Positions 1 to 13,075 of a stretch of 64,000 bases of DNA are shown in pieces (position 1 is the stretch's first letter; every line of letters begins with the position of its first letter). The DNA lies in NCBI RefSeq assembly GCF_018350175.1, contig NC_058368.1, positions 13,268,001 to 13,332,000 of the forward strand. The letters are read 5' to 3'. The notes beneath the pieces are model-generated. The model was given only the letters and a program-made list of their open reading frames with translations, was not told the origin of the DNA and searched no databases. The DNA is from Felis catus. Its lineage: Eukaryota. A program made the translations under genes and the position numbers.

Positions 1-244
1 TCAAAGAGGTTCATACTAGTCAAAGATGTGACAATTTGAGCTTTCAAATGGATTATAACTGTAATAGAAACTCATCAAATATGTTTAAATATATTACAAG
101 TATGTTTAAATAAATAATAATCCATGAGTAGCTTAAAAATCTACTTATTCTATTTGTAATATTTAAGGGAACAAATTCTTCAATTTTGGTAAATAAGAGA
201 CAGGAATTAAGCATTTATCCTACACTTCCAATATAAACTGTTTC

Positions 245-456
245 TTTTTTTTTTAAGTTTATTTATTTTTGAGACAGAGAGAGACAGAACATGAATGGGG
301 GAGGGGCAGAGAGAGAGGGAGACACAGAATTGGAAGCAGGCTCCAGGCTCTGAGCCATCAGCCCAGAGCCCGATGAGGGGCTCAAACTCACGGACCGCGA
401 GATCGTGACCTGAGCTGAAGTCGGACGCTTAACCGACTGAGCCACCCAGGCACCCC
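245..456 (-). mobile_element. Can-SINE (feline SINEC_Fc type)
   Basis: tRNA-like head GGGGTGCCTGGGTGGCTCAGTCGGTTAAGCG on - strand, CT region, A tail; perfect 15-bp TSD aatataaactgtttc (230-244, 458-472). Confidence 0.97.
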
Positions 457-1235
457 TAATATAAACTGTTTCATTGGGTGACAAAATGGTAAGGGATGGA
501 AGTGGGCCAAGTTTCTCTTCATAGAATTATTACAGCTAATAAAGAAGAGGAAGGATGGAATATCACTGTGCACCCACTAGTGAATTGATTGAGCTCCATA
601 GAAGCTGACATCATGAAAAAAGTGACAACCAGATTATGGAAGAAATAATTCTATCTATGATGTAGTCTTGCCTCCAGATGGAAGGATACAATACCATCTG
701 TGAAATAGTCTTGCCAACAATATTGCACCTAGATTTGATAACTGCCAACTTTAAGAAAATATAGAGAATAGATAACTGTATTGAACTATCACCAATAAAA
801 ATACCTGTGATGAAATATAAGAAGCTCATGAAACTTGTGTTCTAGTGGAGGGAGATATCTTCAACACGTGCTCTCTGATGCTGCAGAAGGAGGTGTAGAA
901 GCAATTGGGGGAAATCCAAGTGAGGTCAGTAGATTATATAGTAGCACTATATTAATTATAGTGATGTGATTTTGATCATTAACTGTGGATGTATAAGAAA
1001 ATGTCCATAATCTTAGAAAATGCACACTAAAGCATTTAAAAATAAAGAGGTATTATGAGTGTGACATAGTTGATTCTTGTTATTCACAGTATTTATGTTT
1101 TACAATGTTGTCAAAAACACTGAATTGGTGCATACTTAGCTATTGCTCCTAGAGGAAGTAGTGGGTTAGGTTTCTGTAAGTCCTGATCACAACGTTTTCA
1201 TCAACTGGTGAGTATATATTACATTAACATAAATA

Positions 1236-1282
1236 TATATAATATAATATAATATAATATAATATAATATAATATAATATAA
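1236..1282. repeat. (TATAA)n microsatellite
   Basis: Direct pentamer run. Confidence 0.9.
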
Positions 1283-1315
1283 GTTATTATTAATTCATTA
1301 ATATTAAATAGTGCC

Positions 1316-1551
1316 AGGATGCCTGGGTGGCTCAGTCAGTTAAGTGTCTGACTCTTGATTTTAACTCTAGTCATGAACTCATGGTTTGTGGGATTGAGCC
1401 CTACATCAGGCTCTGTGATAACAGCATGGAGCTGCTTAGGATTCTCTCTCTCCCTTCCTCTCTGCCCCTACCCTGCTTGCTTGCGTGCATGCATGAGCTC
1501 TCTCTCTCTCTCTCAGAATAAATAAACTTAAAAAAAACAAACTTAAAAAAG
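1316..1551 (+). mobile_element. Can-SINE (older subfamily)
   Basis: Head gcctgggtggctcagtcagttaag, CT tract, A tail; degenerate TSD attaaatagtgcca/attaaatcatgcca. Confidence 0.95.
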
Positions 1552-1676
1552 ATTAAATCATGCCAATGGCATTATAACTCATACCTGAATAAGTTTTTCT
1601 AGCACAAGTATTTTCTCCATAAAACAGAATTGTATATGTACATATTTATTACACGTGTATTACTGCTTTTCCTCTA

Positions 1677-1709
<33 letters not shown>

Positions 1710-4526
1710 TACATATGTAGACATGTGTTTGTACACAGATATAAATGTCTATTTTAAAATACATAATTTTGTATTTTATATACATTATATTTATCTATTT
1801 ATATTTACCTATATAAACATAGAGAGTGAGAAGGAAAATGATAATGCACATATAATAAGTGTTAACATTTTGGTACTCTAGTTTAAAAGTATACAAGATA
1901 ATTCTTTGTACTAACTTTCCAACTTTCCTATAATTCTGAAATTATTTGAGAAAAAATTTTTTTTAAATAGGGCTTTATTTTCCCCCTCTTGGTTGTTGGT
2001 GTAACCAAAGCAGCTAAGACAGGCCCTGAGATGTACTCAATAAATAATTCCTCAAAGAATGAACGATTAATGTCAAGTAAGGCATCAAGTCTAGAGAGCT
2101 AGGATTAGGAACACTTCCCATAAAAATGGTGGTAGAGTATCTGTGAATCAATCTCTGCACATGAGGCCATATATAGAGAAAAGCTGGTTTAGCACTATAA
2201 TTTCCATCATTGATTAGAAAAATGTTTATTGTACTCTCCATTCTCTCATCTTCTCCTACAATAATAAACTGTGATTGGTATGCTTATAGATTAATTACAG
2301 TAATGGTAATTGTGCATCAGTTAATGTTATTGACTCATATTTCCTTAAAATGACAATTTTTCAATCATTTATTAAATGTGGAAACATTCAAATGACCTTT
2401 GTTTGATCCTAGATACAACTTGTGATAGCCCCAGGTTTGAGATGAACTTGACCCAGGATTTTACTTATTCAATGCATGTCATTTAGTATTCTGCCTGTCT
2501 AAGCATCTTATTTTAGAATCAACCATATGGAATTTTGATGCCAAACCTTATCTTAATTCTGAGCTATCTGATAGCTTGGTAATTACTACAAAGCCATCAA
2601 GTACCACCAAACAATTTGCATCTCCTTAGGGAGTAATTTTCCTACAGGACAAATAGCAGTTGTCAAAGGACTAAGAATAATTTTGTTTACAAGCACAGAT
2701 TTAGAAACCACTAAACAAGTATGAACATGCACTGGAGATGTGACTTTCACTCTTAAGTATCTGACTTTAAATCATTAAGTTTTAAATGCTTGCAATGAAA
2801 AAAAAAGCATCGCAACTCTTCTGATAAGCAGTAAGAAATGGGGTCTCTGTGGTTCTTCTTGACCCATTAATGGGCATGTATGTTAAGAACTCATATTTGT
2901 TCTTATCAATTTGATTATAAAAGTACTCAAGACTGGAAAAGGAACACTTTCTTCCTTGAATTAATTCATTTCATTCACACCAGTTCAGTAAATGTGAATC
3001 AATCACTTCTCTGTGCAAGAAGACACTATGCATAAAGCCTTAAAAATATCTTTGCTTTCAAAATATTTTCATTCCTTTGCCTCTCATGGTGCAACATGGG
3101 ACTGAGACCCACGCTTGTCCCCTTGGACTTCTGATATTTACTCAACTGCTTGGTTGCTCTGTCTCAAAGGAGATATTTTAGATTTCCAAAATTCAATATA
3201 GTGCTCGAAAATCACAATTCATCCCATCACAAATACCAATATTATTGTTCTATTTTACTCTGTAGAAATAATCTTTGGTATAATAAACATTATGAGTTTG
3301 TCCATTAATAAATTGCGCTACTGGAAAGAACATAAAAGATTTATCTCATCAGAGACTCTTATGTTGCTGAAACGTCACTCTTGTTATAATTTCCTGCCCT
3401 AGAATTGGCTTCAAAAATAAAATAAATTAGTATTTAAATTATGCATGGGTATATAACATTTTGATGTTTCAAATTTTGGAGAGGCCTAATATGCATCAAA
3501 TTATTAAACAAAAAACTTAAAAGTGAGTCTAGGTAACTCCTAGTCCTTTAGATTTTCAACCAGCCGTGATTTGGGGGACAGGGGTTTATATTAATTAAAA
3601 CACCCTCACACTGAGAGTTTTTGCTTCCCCTGGTGACTTTTCCTGGAATTGATATGCTTTGACAGATGGGGGCTATGTTGAAATAGTTATAGAAGTAAAG
3701 CTGAATTAGATATGCTTATATTCCCTGAAGATTTTCAACAGCTAAACACTTTCTCTGAGCTTACATGATGGCTGCCAAAAAGATTGTTACTGAAGACAAA
3801 GGATTGTCTTATCAGTATAGCTGATATAGTGTAGTTAGCTGATACTTGGCCAACTCATGTTTTTAGCATCAAGCTATATCTAAGGAAATGAAGGTACCAT
3901 ATTTTATGTCTCCAAGACTATATATAATAAGTATTTGTCAACACAGTATGCAATAGAGATGTGCCAGTTATCTAGATAAATGAATGGATAAATAAATGTG
4001 TAATTTAAATATCAAGAAATTCCATGGGAACTGTAATTTGCCAAAATCATAGCTATTTGCTTCATTAACATATTGTAGGTAATATTTTAATAAGATTAAG
4101 ACTAGACTTTGAATCAACAAACCTTTTTAGGAAGGTGGCAGATTTATATGGTTCATAATTGCTGTGGGTATCAACTGCATTAGAATCTCTGTCAACTGTG
4201 AAAATATCCCCAAAAGAACAAATGTGTCCTGACACTACCCATTAATTTCCTGTATTGAGTCTGGATTGAGATACAGCTAAGACAAAGGCCAATTTTTTTC
4301 CTCACTATCTCTCATCAACTAATCTGTCATTGAAAAGAAAAATCTGCCCTATGAATTAAGTTTCTGGAGCTTTCTGGTGCAGGAAATTGTATGCATCCAT
4401 TACTTGATCAACACTTTATTGTTCAGTACTAAATCTTCCTCAGATATGTATTATACCACCTTATAATCATTCACACCCAAGGCTTGGGTCCTGCAACTAA
4501 AATTGCTATTTTTCCAAAATGACACT

Positions 4527-4759
4527 TAAATTTTTTCAAATTTTATTTTAGAAAGAGAGAACACAAGCCTGGGAGAGGGGCAGAGGGACGGGGGGGGGGG
4601 GGGGGGAGAGAGAGAGAGAGAGAGAGAGAGAATATCCCAAGCAGATTCTATGCTTAGCAGAAAGCCCAATGTGGGGCTCGATCCCACGACCCCGGTATCA
4701 TGACCTGAGCTGAAATCAAGAGACAGTTGCTCAACCAACTGAACCACCTGGGTACCCCA
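4527..4759 (-). mobile_element. Can-SINE with expanded G run and (GA)n
   Basis: SINEC body on - strand; TSD ccaaaatgaca on both sides. Confidence 0.95.
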
Positions 4760-6470
4760 CCAAAATGACAATTAATAGAAAATACTGATACAATTTAACT
4801 TATTTGTAAAAAATACCTTGAAAAGCAAAACTGCTTTTGTACATGGAAGTGTACTGCTTTAATATTCATGCTTTGGCATCTCATTTAAAAATATTTCCAT
4901 TAATATATTTTCTAGGTGGAAAACATTCTCTTAAATATATTATTTTAAGACAATCACAAAATATAAATGAAAATAGAGAGGCACTTCATTAAGTAGCTCC
5001 CATAGAAATTACCAGAGAAAACATTAATTAACAGAGTCCATACAAGGTAGCATAGATAAGGCTGGAAAAACATATAACAAGTTAAAATTCTACTCTATGC
5101 CAGTGAACAAGTCACATTTTTTTCAGCACTCTTAACTGTGTAATACATAGTTTGAATTTGCTTGAAGTCCTCTATTTTTGATATACTGTATCATTTAAAG
5201 GGATATGAAAATTGTTCAATTTTGTCTTTCTTTTCATTGATATTAAGAATAAGTAAAGGAAAAAGTAATGGAACAGAAAGCTATATTTTCAAAAAGGCAG
5301 TGATTATTTTTCTGGATATGAGGCCAAAGAGTTGAATCCTGTGACTACTACCCCATTTGATAAACATAGTTCTTCCATGAATGGGCATCCATGATAGTTT
5401 CTCAAATGCTTGTCAGTCTAGCTGTATAGAAGCACCCATTCAGGGGGTGAGTTATTTCTGACCTACTAGAAATCTTCTACAATATTTATTTATTTATTGA
5501 TTGATTGATTGAGTTCCAGAATTGACAAGAATAACTCACTCACGTCATTTCTTAAGCATCAATAGTATACTGCTGAGTCGGTTCAGCTATTGTTGTGGCT
5601 GGTCACCATGCAAGCTCACTTGAGATAGAATTGCCCAGAAAGCCACTTGGTCTGTGATACCTTCAGTGAATCTCCTTCCCAATGACTTTTTTATGGAAAT
5701 AATTTTCCCTCCTTTCCTTCCTTCTGGCTCTCTTCCCTCTTCTCCCTCTCTTTTCTATTGCAAATATGGGGATAAATTATATTATTGGCTTTGCAATTCT
5801 CCATAATAGATCTTTTAAAGGAGTAGGACGACTCCTATCTATTTTGTGTTTTGAGGTGGCACTGATGGAGGGTAGGGGCTGCGGTGCAGGACTCCTCTGG
5901 GGTGGTATTGGCTAAAGAACAACAGTTGCACATCCATGGCTATAAGACTTGAGGATGCTGCGTGGAGCAGGCCTGGCTTCAAGGTGAATCCAAGAGGGAT
6001 ACAGAACAGAATTTTCTTTCTGCTGAAGTTTTGAAGTCAAATCTCCAGATGGCAAAGGGAAGAATTGGGCAGATGAATAATAACAATAAATGTTTATGGC
6101 CATGCTAATAAAGCTGCATTCTGTCGGAGTGTACTTTATGTACCAGAAGGGTGTAGCTAAGATTCCAGGAATTCGAGAACACACAAAGAACTTCTCTCAC
6201 TCACCGACTAATATGTGAAGATAAATCCTTTAATTCTGCAATTGGAGCTAAGGCACAGTTCAGAGATACTACTGGGAGAGGAAATAATGTTGGTTATTAC
6301 AAATTATTCATAAGAAATGCGTTCTTAATGGCAAATTTTGATAAGAAGGGTGATATTGCAAGAGCATTTGGTTTGGGGACAGGAATTTAGAAAAAAGAAT
6401 GAAGGACTAAAACGTGGCATCAGAGACTTTGGTGAGTTGATGGAAATTCTTTTAAAAATTTTGTCTGTGT

Positions 6471-6685
6471 GGGGCACCTGGGTGGCTTAGTCAGTTGAGC
6501 GTCTGACTCTTGATTTTGGCCCAGGTCATGATCTCACAGTTTGTGAGATCAAGCCCCACGTTGGGCTCTGTGCTGACAGCTCGGGGCCTGCTTGGGATTC
6601 TCTCTCCCTCTCTCTCTGCCCCTCCCCTGCTCAAGCTTTCTCTCCCTCCCTCTCAAAACAAATACATAAACATTAAAAAAAATAA

Positions 6686-6722
<37 letters not shown>
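6471..6722 (+). mobile_element. Can-SINE with (TAAA)n tail
   Basis: ggggcacctgggtggcttagtcagttgagc head; 17-bp TSD aaaaatt(t)(t/a)gtctgtgt with one mismatch. Confidence 0.96.
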
Positions 6723-6724
<2 letters not shown>

Positions 6725-7614
6725 AAATTTAGTCTGTGTGTAAAAGATTTTTACAAATAAAGTGTATGTACTTTCCACGCAGCACAACCACTACTCTAGT
6801 GTTTTACTAGGACATGATGAAGAGAGAGATGACTTATCTAGAATAACGACCTAGAGAGAATAGCAAACAAAATACCTGTTAAAAGAGTAATGACAACAGA
6901 ATTGTACTACCAGTTATTGAAATGTACTCTAAAGCTACCAATTAAAAATTGTCGCTATGATACTGATTCCAGAATTGACACAGCAGTGAAGTAATTCATC
7001 ATTTAGAATGAAACCTTAGATATATAAAAATGTACTATATGATTAATGAAACATTAAATTATCCAAAGGGAAATGATTAGCCTATCCAGACCTGAGATAG
7101 TTAACCTATGAGAAATAATTTGAGAAGAAATCTGTTACAAAACATCAGTGAAACATAACAAGCATCCTCTCAAATGCATACCAGAGCTCCCCTGGAGGTG
7201 GAGGTGAGGGAAATCTCCAGGTGCTGAAAATAAAAACAATGCTAACAAATGGAGAAGCAGAGAGGAACTGAAGTGGTAGGTTACCTGGATTGATTGCAGC
7301 CCTGGGAAAACAAGATGTTTGTTTTTTATAGCCACAGAAAGGAGGTAAAGTGTTCAGATCACTCTCTGCAGGAGTTAAAAATGAGCATGTCATGTAAATC
7401 CAGGACTTTTGATAGTTACACCATCAGGAACAGAGTGGACTAGAAAAACTAATCTTTCAGCACAGAGGGATAACAAGAAAACTTGTTAGCTTTGTCTTGA
7501 GTTCTGGATGAGAAAATTTTCCACAGAGAGTGTATTATTACTGACCTGCTGTTATTCAGGTTTTCACTTCCTAACTAGCCTAAGAAGCCCTGGGCTCCAA
7601 ACTGAACAAAATTG

Positions 7615-8075
7615 CCTATTTGCACACCCAGGTTCATAACAACACTATTCATAATAGCCAAGAGGTGGAAGCAAACCAAAATGACCATCAACCCATGAAT
7701 GGATAAAAAAAAAAATGTGGCACCCACACCCAACCCCCCCCCCCCACTGGAATACTATTCAGTCTTAAAAAGGAAGGAAATTCTGATACATGTTCCAATA
7801 TGGATGAACCTTGAAGGCATTATGCCAAGTGAAATAAATCAGTCACAAAAAGACAAGTACCATATGATTCCACTGTATGAGTTATATAAGGGAGTCAAAT
7901 TTACAGAAAGAGAAAGTAAAATGATAGTTGCCAGTGGTGGAGGCTATGGGAAAAGGATAAGTATAGAGTTTCAGTTTTGCAAGATGGAAAATTTCTGGAG
8001 ATCTGTTTCACAACAGTGTGAATGTACCTACTGCTATTGACTTTCATGTTATGTATTTTTCACTATAATTAAAAG
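7615..8075 (+). mobile_element. L1MB-type 3' end inserted in the older L1 cluster
   Basis: ataatagccaagaggtggaagcaa...tggaatactattcagtcttaaaaaggaaggaaattctg...atggatgaaccttgaaggcattatg...gagtttcagttttgcaagatggaaaatttctggagat. Confidence 0.85.
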
Positions 8076-11031
8076 AATAATTAAAAATTGACACAGTTTG
8101 AGAGCAGCAGGGGTAACAGGGAAAATCTAATCCAAATATTTTTCTGGTAGAGTGTGCCCTGAACACAGACTGCTCAAGAATCGCATAAATCTTAGATGAG
8201 CGGGAGCTCATTATTTATAATTGTATGAATCACAGGAAACAAGATATGATAAAGATTAAATAGAAACAACCAATAGCAGAATAGAATCAAATAGTTTCAA
8301 AATTTAAAGAATCAACATAAAAATCAAAAATAAAATAATGTTAAAACTGAAAAACAGTTTATGAAGTAGGGATGTTTAGGTGCCTGGTATGTAATAGAGG
8401 AAAAAAGATGATTTGAAAAACAAACCAATAAGAACTTCTGGAAATGAAATATACTGCCATATTGACGTTTAAATTTAAGGAACTGAAACATTTATCTGAA
8501 GAAATTTTCAGAGAAAAAGCACAAAAACTCCAAGAAAGAAAAATGAAAAGCCATAGTTAGTGAAATAAAGACTAATATATATCCAATTAGAGCTCAGAAC
8601 ATGAGAGCAGAGAGAAATGGAACAAGATGACATTTGATGAGATAAATGAGATTTTTCAGAACTGATGAAAACAATGAATATTCTGATTCAAGAAGCACAA
8701 CACAATTCACAGTTGAAATTACATCATAGTGTAATTTCAGAACACGAAAGACAGTGAAAAGATCTTAAGGCAGCTACAGAAGACAAATACCTAAAAGAAA
8801 AATTACGTTAACAGGAGAATTCTTGCTATTAATGGCAAAGGCCAGGAAACAGTAAAATTATATCTTTAGTTTGCTGAAAAAAAATGATCAAAGTATAGTT
8901 CTATTCCAAGCTAAACTATCATTTAAAATAGCAATAGAAAGACGTTTTCAGATAAATAAAACCTGAGATAGCTCACCACCAATTAAATGTTTACTGAAAG
9001 TACTCTAGATAATATACTCTTAGAAAGAAATTGAGTCCAGAAAAATCTAAAATGCAAGAAGAAATAGCAAAGAAAATGGTAATTTGTCAGTAAACCTACT
9101 TCCTCTACAAACCTCAGCCTTCCTCTTTACCTCCCTCTAGATACTTTTTTTATTTGATTGCTAGTGTGATCCTACTTTGATCAGAGAACATACATATATC
9201 ACTTAATTTTTGAAATGTGTTGAAATGTGGTTTAGACAACCCAGAATATTGTCAGTTTTGTTTAATGGCCCATATGCAATTTAAAAGATCATGTATTCTT
9301 TACTTGTTGAGTATAGGCTACCTATAGGTAAGTAAGATGAAACTTGTTTTGTTCAAATTTCTTTTTCCTTCATTTTTTTTGTCTTTGTAAACTATCAGCT
9401 ACTGAGAGAGGTAAATTAAAAACACCACACCGGACTTCTGATTCAGGGCAAATATCACAGGTCAATGGCAGGCACATGTTCCTTCTAAAACCATGATAAA
9501 AAGCTGGATACATTGCAAAAAAAATCATGTAAGAGATTTTAGGAATCAACAAGAAGTAGATGACCTAAAATTCTAGAGATGAACAGCTCTTCCTTGGCAA
9601 GCTGGTAATCACTAGCTGTCTGCTTCCATGGCAGCTTGACAATTTTGAATGTGGGCTGAGAATTAGGCTTGGGACAAATGGAGAGATTCTACTAGAGAAG
9701 AAAGAAATCAGAAGAGTTTTTGAATACCAAGCAGGGTTGGCATGACAAATTAGAAACTAGAGAAATCCCAATCGTGAGGCCAGTTAATCTCACAGGACTT
9801 TGCTGAGTTTTGAGGCATTGCAGGAGACCAAGAGAGCTGTGTTAGAAAAGTAAAGTGTAACCTACTGAATTTTTCAGTGCTGAGGAGACAAAAATCCTTC
9901 TGAAGGAAGGAGGTCTGCAGGAAACATCTGACTGGTATGTTCCTAGGACATTTTGAATGTATGTGAAGCCAGAGACTAAATTGCTAAGCTGAAAACCTTT
10001 GAAAGGAAGAAATTCCGTAAGGTAAAGGAGACAAATACCATTAAGGTCTCAGTAAAAAGCATGCACAGGTCATATCCATGGAAGTAGTAGGTCAGGAAGT
10101 CCTTTTGAATTTTCCTCAATTCTCAGAAAGCAGACACAAAACAAAATCAACAAGGTCAGAAATTTGTACTTTGAAAATACTTCCAGCAAGACTAATTTAG
10201 AGGAAAAATAGAAAGCACAAATTAATAATATTGGGAATGAAAAATGAAACATCACTAATGATCTATAAGACATTAAAAAGAAAATAAGAGACTATTATAA
10301 ATGATTTTATGATGATAAATTTAACAGCTCAAATTGAATAGACTAATTGAAAAATAAGGAGAAATATAATTCTTAATAGTCCAATATCTGTTAAGGGAAT
10401 TGAATCCTTAATTAAAAACATAAAAGGAAGCAATAATACCAACAGATTCTTACAGTATACAAATTCTTTCAGAGAATAGAGAAAGACAATACTTTTGAAT
10501 TCTTTTTATAAGGCCAGCATAACTCTGATCCCAAAACATTGCAAGGAAATTTCAAGAAGAGAGATTACAGGCCAATGTTTCTCATGAGTATAAAATTCCT
10601 AAACAAAATGTTAATAAATAATAGTGAATCTTATGATATATAAAATGTGATACATATATAATATATTGAGTTTTTTCATAAATACAAGACTGTTTAATAT
10701 TTAACAACCAATCAGTACAATTCACCACATTAACAAAAAAAGAGGCAAAAAATATTCTTTCAAAGGAAAAATAGTTTTTTAATAAAATTCAGTACTCATT
10801 CATGATTTTTGAAAATCACAAACTAAGAATGAAAGAGATCTTCCTAAATCTGATAAATTTTGTTTATAAAAAATTAAGTTAGCATCATTTACATGGTGAA
10901 ATAGTAAACATTTTTCCTTTGAGATTAGATGGGAAAAAGATGCTCTCTGTCACATCTATTCAGTATCATGCTAAAAATGTTAGTACAATAAGGCAAGAAA
11001 AAGAAAATGAAATAAAAGTATGAATATTGGA

Positions 11032-11227
11032 GGGGTGCCTGGATGGCTTGCTTGGTTGAGCTCTTGATTTCGACTCAGGTCATGATCTCATGGTTCATGA
11101 GATCAAGCCTCATGTAGGGCTCTGTGCTGACAGCATAGAGCCCGCTTGAGATTCTCTCCTCTCTCTCTGACCCTTACCCAATCATGCACCCTCTCTCTCT
11201 CTCTCAAAATAAATAAGTAAAGATTGT
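11032..11227 (+). mobile_element. Can-SINE inserted in L1 ORF2 remnant
   Basis: SINEC head and CT tail; degenerate TSD aaaagtatgaatattgga/aaaactatgaagattgga. Confidence 0.93.
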
Positions 11228-12034
11228 AAAAACTATGAAGATTGGAGCATATGAAGTAAAACAGTCTTTATTGGTAAATGATATAATTGTGCATGTAAAA
11301 CAAAAAACAAAACAATTAGAAACTATTAGAATAACAAGTATACTTACTGAATATAATGTCAATAAACAAAAATAAATTGTATTTCTACTTGATAGCAATC
11401 AATAATTTAAAAATGAAACTAATATTACACTATGTTAACTAACTGGAATTTAAATAAAAATGTGAAAAAAATGAAATAAAAATCTGTCACTCACAATAGT
11501 GTTAAATGCACCAAATACTCAGAGATAATTTTAATGAAATATGTACAAAAAACACAAAGTTCTACCAAGAGACTTTAAAGGGGATATAAATTAATGGAGA
11601 GATATATCATGGATCAGAAGACTCAATATTGTTAAAACGTCAATTCCATCCAAAGAACCTTGAGTGGCCAAGACAATCCTGAAAAAGAACAAAGTTGAAG
11701 TACTTCAAACTATCAAATATTAAAACTTCTATGGAGCTAATGTAATTGATATTGACCAAGGATAGGCAATGAAAAGAATAAAAGATCTAGAAACAGACCC
11801 ATACATACAAAGTCATCTGATATTTTACCGAGTTAGCACTATAAAAAGAAAAAGGATTTCTTTTCAATAAATGATGCTGAGTCAATTAGCTATCCAAGCA
11901 GAGAAAACTGAATTCTGATTCTTACCTCATACTATTATTTATAAACATTTCTTTGAGGCAGATCATAGACTTAAGTGTGAAAGGTGGAGCAGAAATCTTC
12001 TAGACAAAAATAACAGACAATATTAATGATTAAA

Positions 12035-13075
12035 GTTTTAAAATATGTTAGCAGAGTCTTTGACACTCCTTACTGTAAAAGGTAGAGTCTAATTACCCTC
12101 CTTTCCAATGTGGGCCAGACCTACTGACCACCTTCTAATGAACAGCATGTTTTGGAAAGGACACTGCATGACTTTCACAGCAAGATTAAAAAAAAAAAAA
12201 TCAAAGTAACAACTTCCTTCCAATTCTCCTTGTCTCTTGGGTTATACACTTCTGCATACTGGAGCCACTGTCAGAATGCTGGCCACCCTGAGGCTTTCCT
12301 GCTGGAGAGACCATGTAGAGAGACCACATAGAAATAGGGGGCAAGAGCCTCCCTGAAGAGCCCCACTGCTCCAGCCCCGATCTGTCCTAGTCCTACCATC
12401 TGTGTTAGTTTTCTGTGGTTGCTGTAACAAATTGCCACAAACTTGGCGGCTCAAAGCAATACATATTTGTTTTCTAATGGATCTGGAGGTTAGAAGTCTG
12501 AAATCAGTCACGGGGGTGTGGGGGGCAAAATCAGGCTTTAGGGCTACAGCTTCCTCTGGAGACTGTAGACAAGAACACATTTCCATGCCTTTTCCAGCTT
12601 GTAGAACTGCATTCTTTGGCATGTGTCCCTTACTCTATCTTAAGATCCAGCAGCATAGTGCCCAGCTTTAGTGGTCACATTGCTTTCTTCTATGCCAAGT
12701 CCCCTTCTACTTCCCTTTTTTTATAGACACTTGTATTTGCATTTAGAGCCCAATAAGATAATCCAGGATAATCTCCTCATTTTAAGAAACTTATTTCTTC
12801 ATGACTCCAAAGTCTCTTTTGTGTTATAGGTAACATTCACAGTGACTAGGGACTAGGACCTACATATCGTTGGGGGCCATTACTCGGCCTATGACACCAT
12901 TGCAGATGAGAGAGATGTGTGAGTGAAGAAACCTTGGGAAAATACCCTACTCTGGTCACTTCCCATCGGGAACCTCTTGAGAGACCTGAGCCATGACTGC
13001 ATGGCTGTCACTAAATTCCTGACCCACAGAAACCATAAGAAGTTGTTCTATGCTACTAAATTTTGGTGCTCCTTG
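12035..13075 (+). mobile_element. MLT1 (F/G/H-like) MaLR solo LTR, split by a second MLT1
   Basis: tttgacactcc...aggtagagtcta...gctggagagaccatgtagagag and taaattcctgacccacagaaacca...tgctactaaattttgg. Confidence 0.7.
12401..12896 (-). mobile_element. MLT1C/D-like MaLR solo LTR nested in an older MLT1
   Basis: TG...CA termini (tgtgttagttttc...cctatgaca), gctgtaacaaattgccacaaacttgg and ataatccaggataatctcc motifs; 5-bp TSD ccatc/ccatt. Confidence 0.85.

Larger units (their letters stand above)
1067..1622 (+). mobile_element. MER82-like (TcMar-Tigger) DNA transposon fragment, interrupted by (TATAA)n and a Can-SINE
   Basis: tagttgattcttgttattcacagt...cactgaattgg...ttgctcctagaggaa...gggttaggtttctg and, after the SINE, attataactcatacctgaat...gtattttctccataa match the recalled MER82 consensus. 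Confidence 0.7.
1..1960 (+). mobile_element. Ancient L1MC-type LINE 3' region, interrupted by a SINE (245-456) and a MER82 fragment (1067-1622); resumes at ~1820
   Basis: Motifs such as gattttgatcattaactgtgg...gaaaatgtcc...tcttagaaaatgcacactaaagcattta and gttaacattttgg resemble the L1MC4/5 3' UTR; a similar copy lies at 39520-39990. Confidence 0.6.
6790..12030 (+). mobile_element. Composite ancient L1/HAL1-like cluster: decayed ORF2 pieces (~6790-7130, ~10050-12030), 5'/ORF1-like pieces (~7130-7600, ~8080-9100, ~9430-10050) and an antisense L1 piece (~9140-9430)
   Basis: A-rich + strand with recognisable L1 motifs, e.g. ttctttttataaggccagcataactctgat, catggatcagaagactcaatattgttaaa, ctagaaacagacccatacata; no intact ORF. 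Confidence 0.75.

Noticed and set aside
263..484. ORFs with recurring peptides such as GAWVAQSVK/AQVMIS/SLSLSQK (also 16417, 31813, 54449, 55276, 58967 and others)
   Set aside because: These are translations of Can-SINE sequence, not a gene family
4589..4605. Long G homopolymer
   Set aside because: It is an expansion within a SINE's CT-rich region and its length may be a sequencing artefact
7699..8040. 113-aa ORF with L1-like words (EYYSVLKRKEIL, WMNLEGIM)
   Set aside because: Decayed L1 ORF2 C-terminus/3' UTR with no intact domain
12242..12671. Overlapping 126-aa and 89-aa ORFs
   Set aside because: They lie entirely in nested MLT1 LTRs
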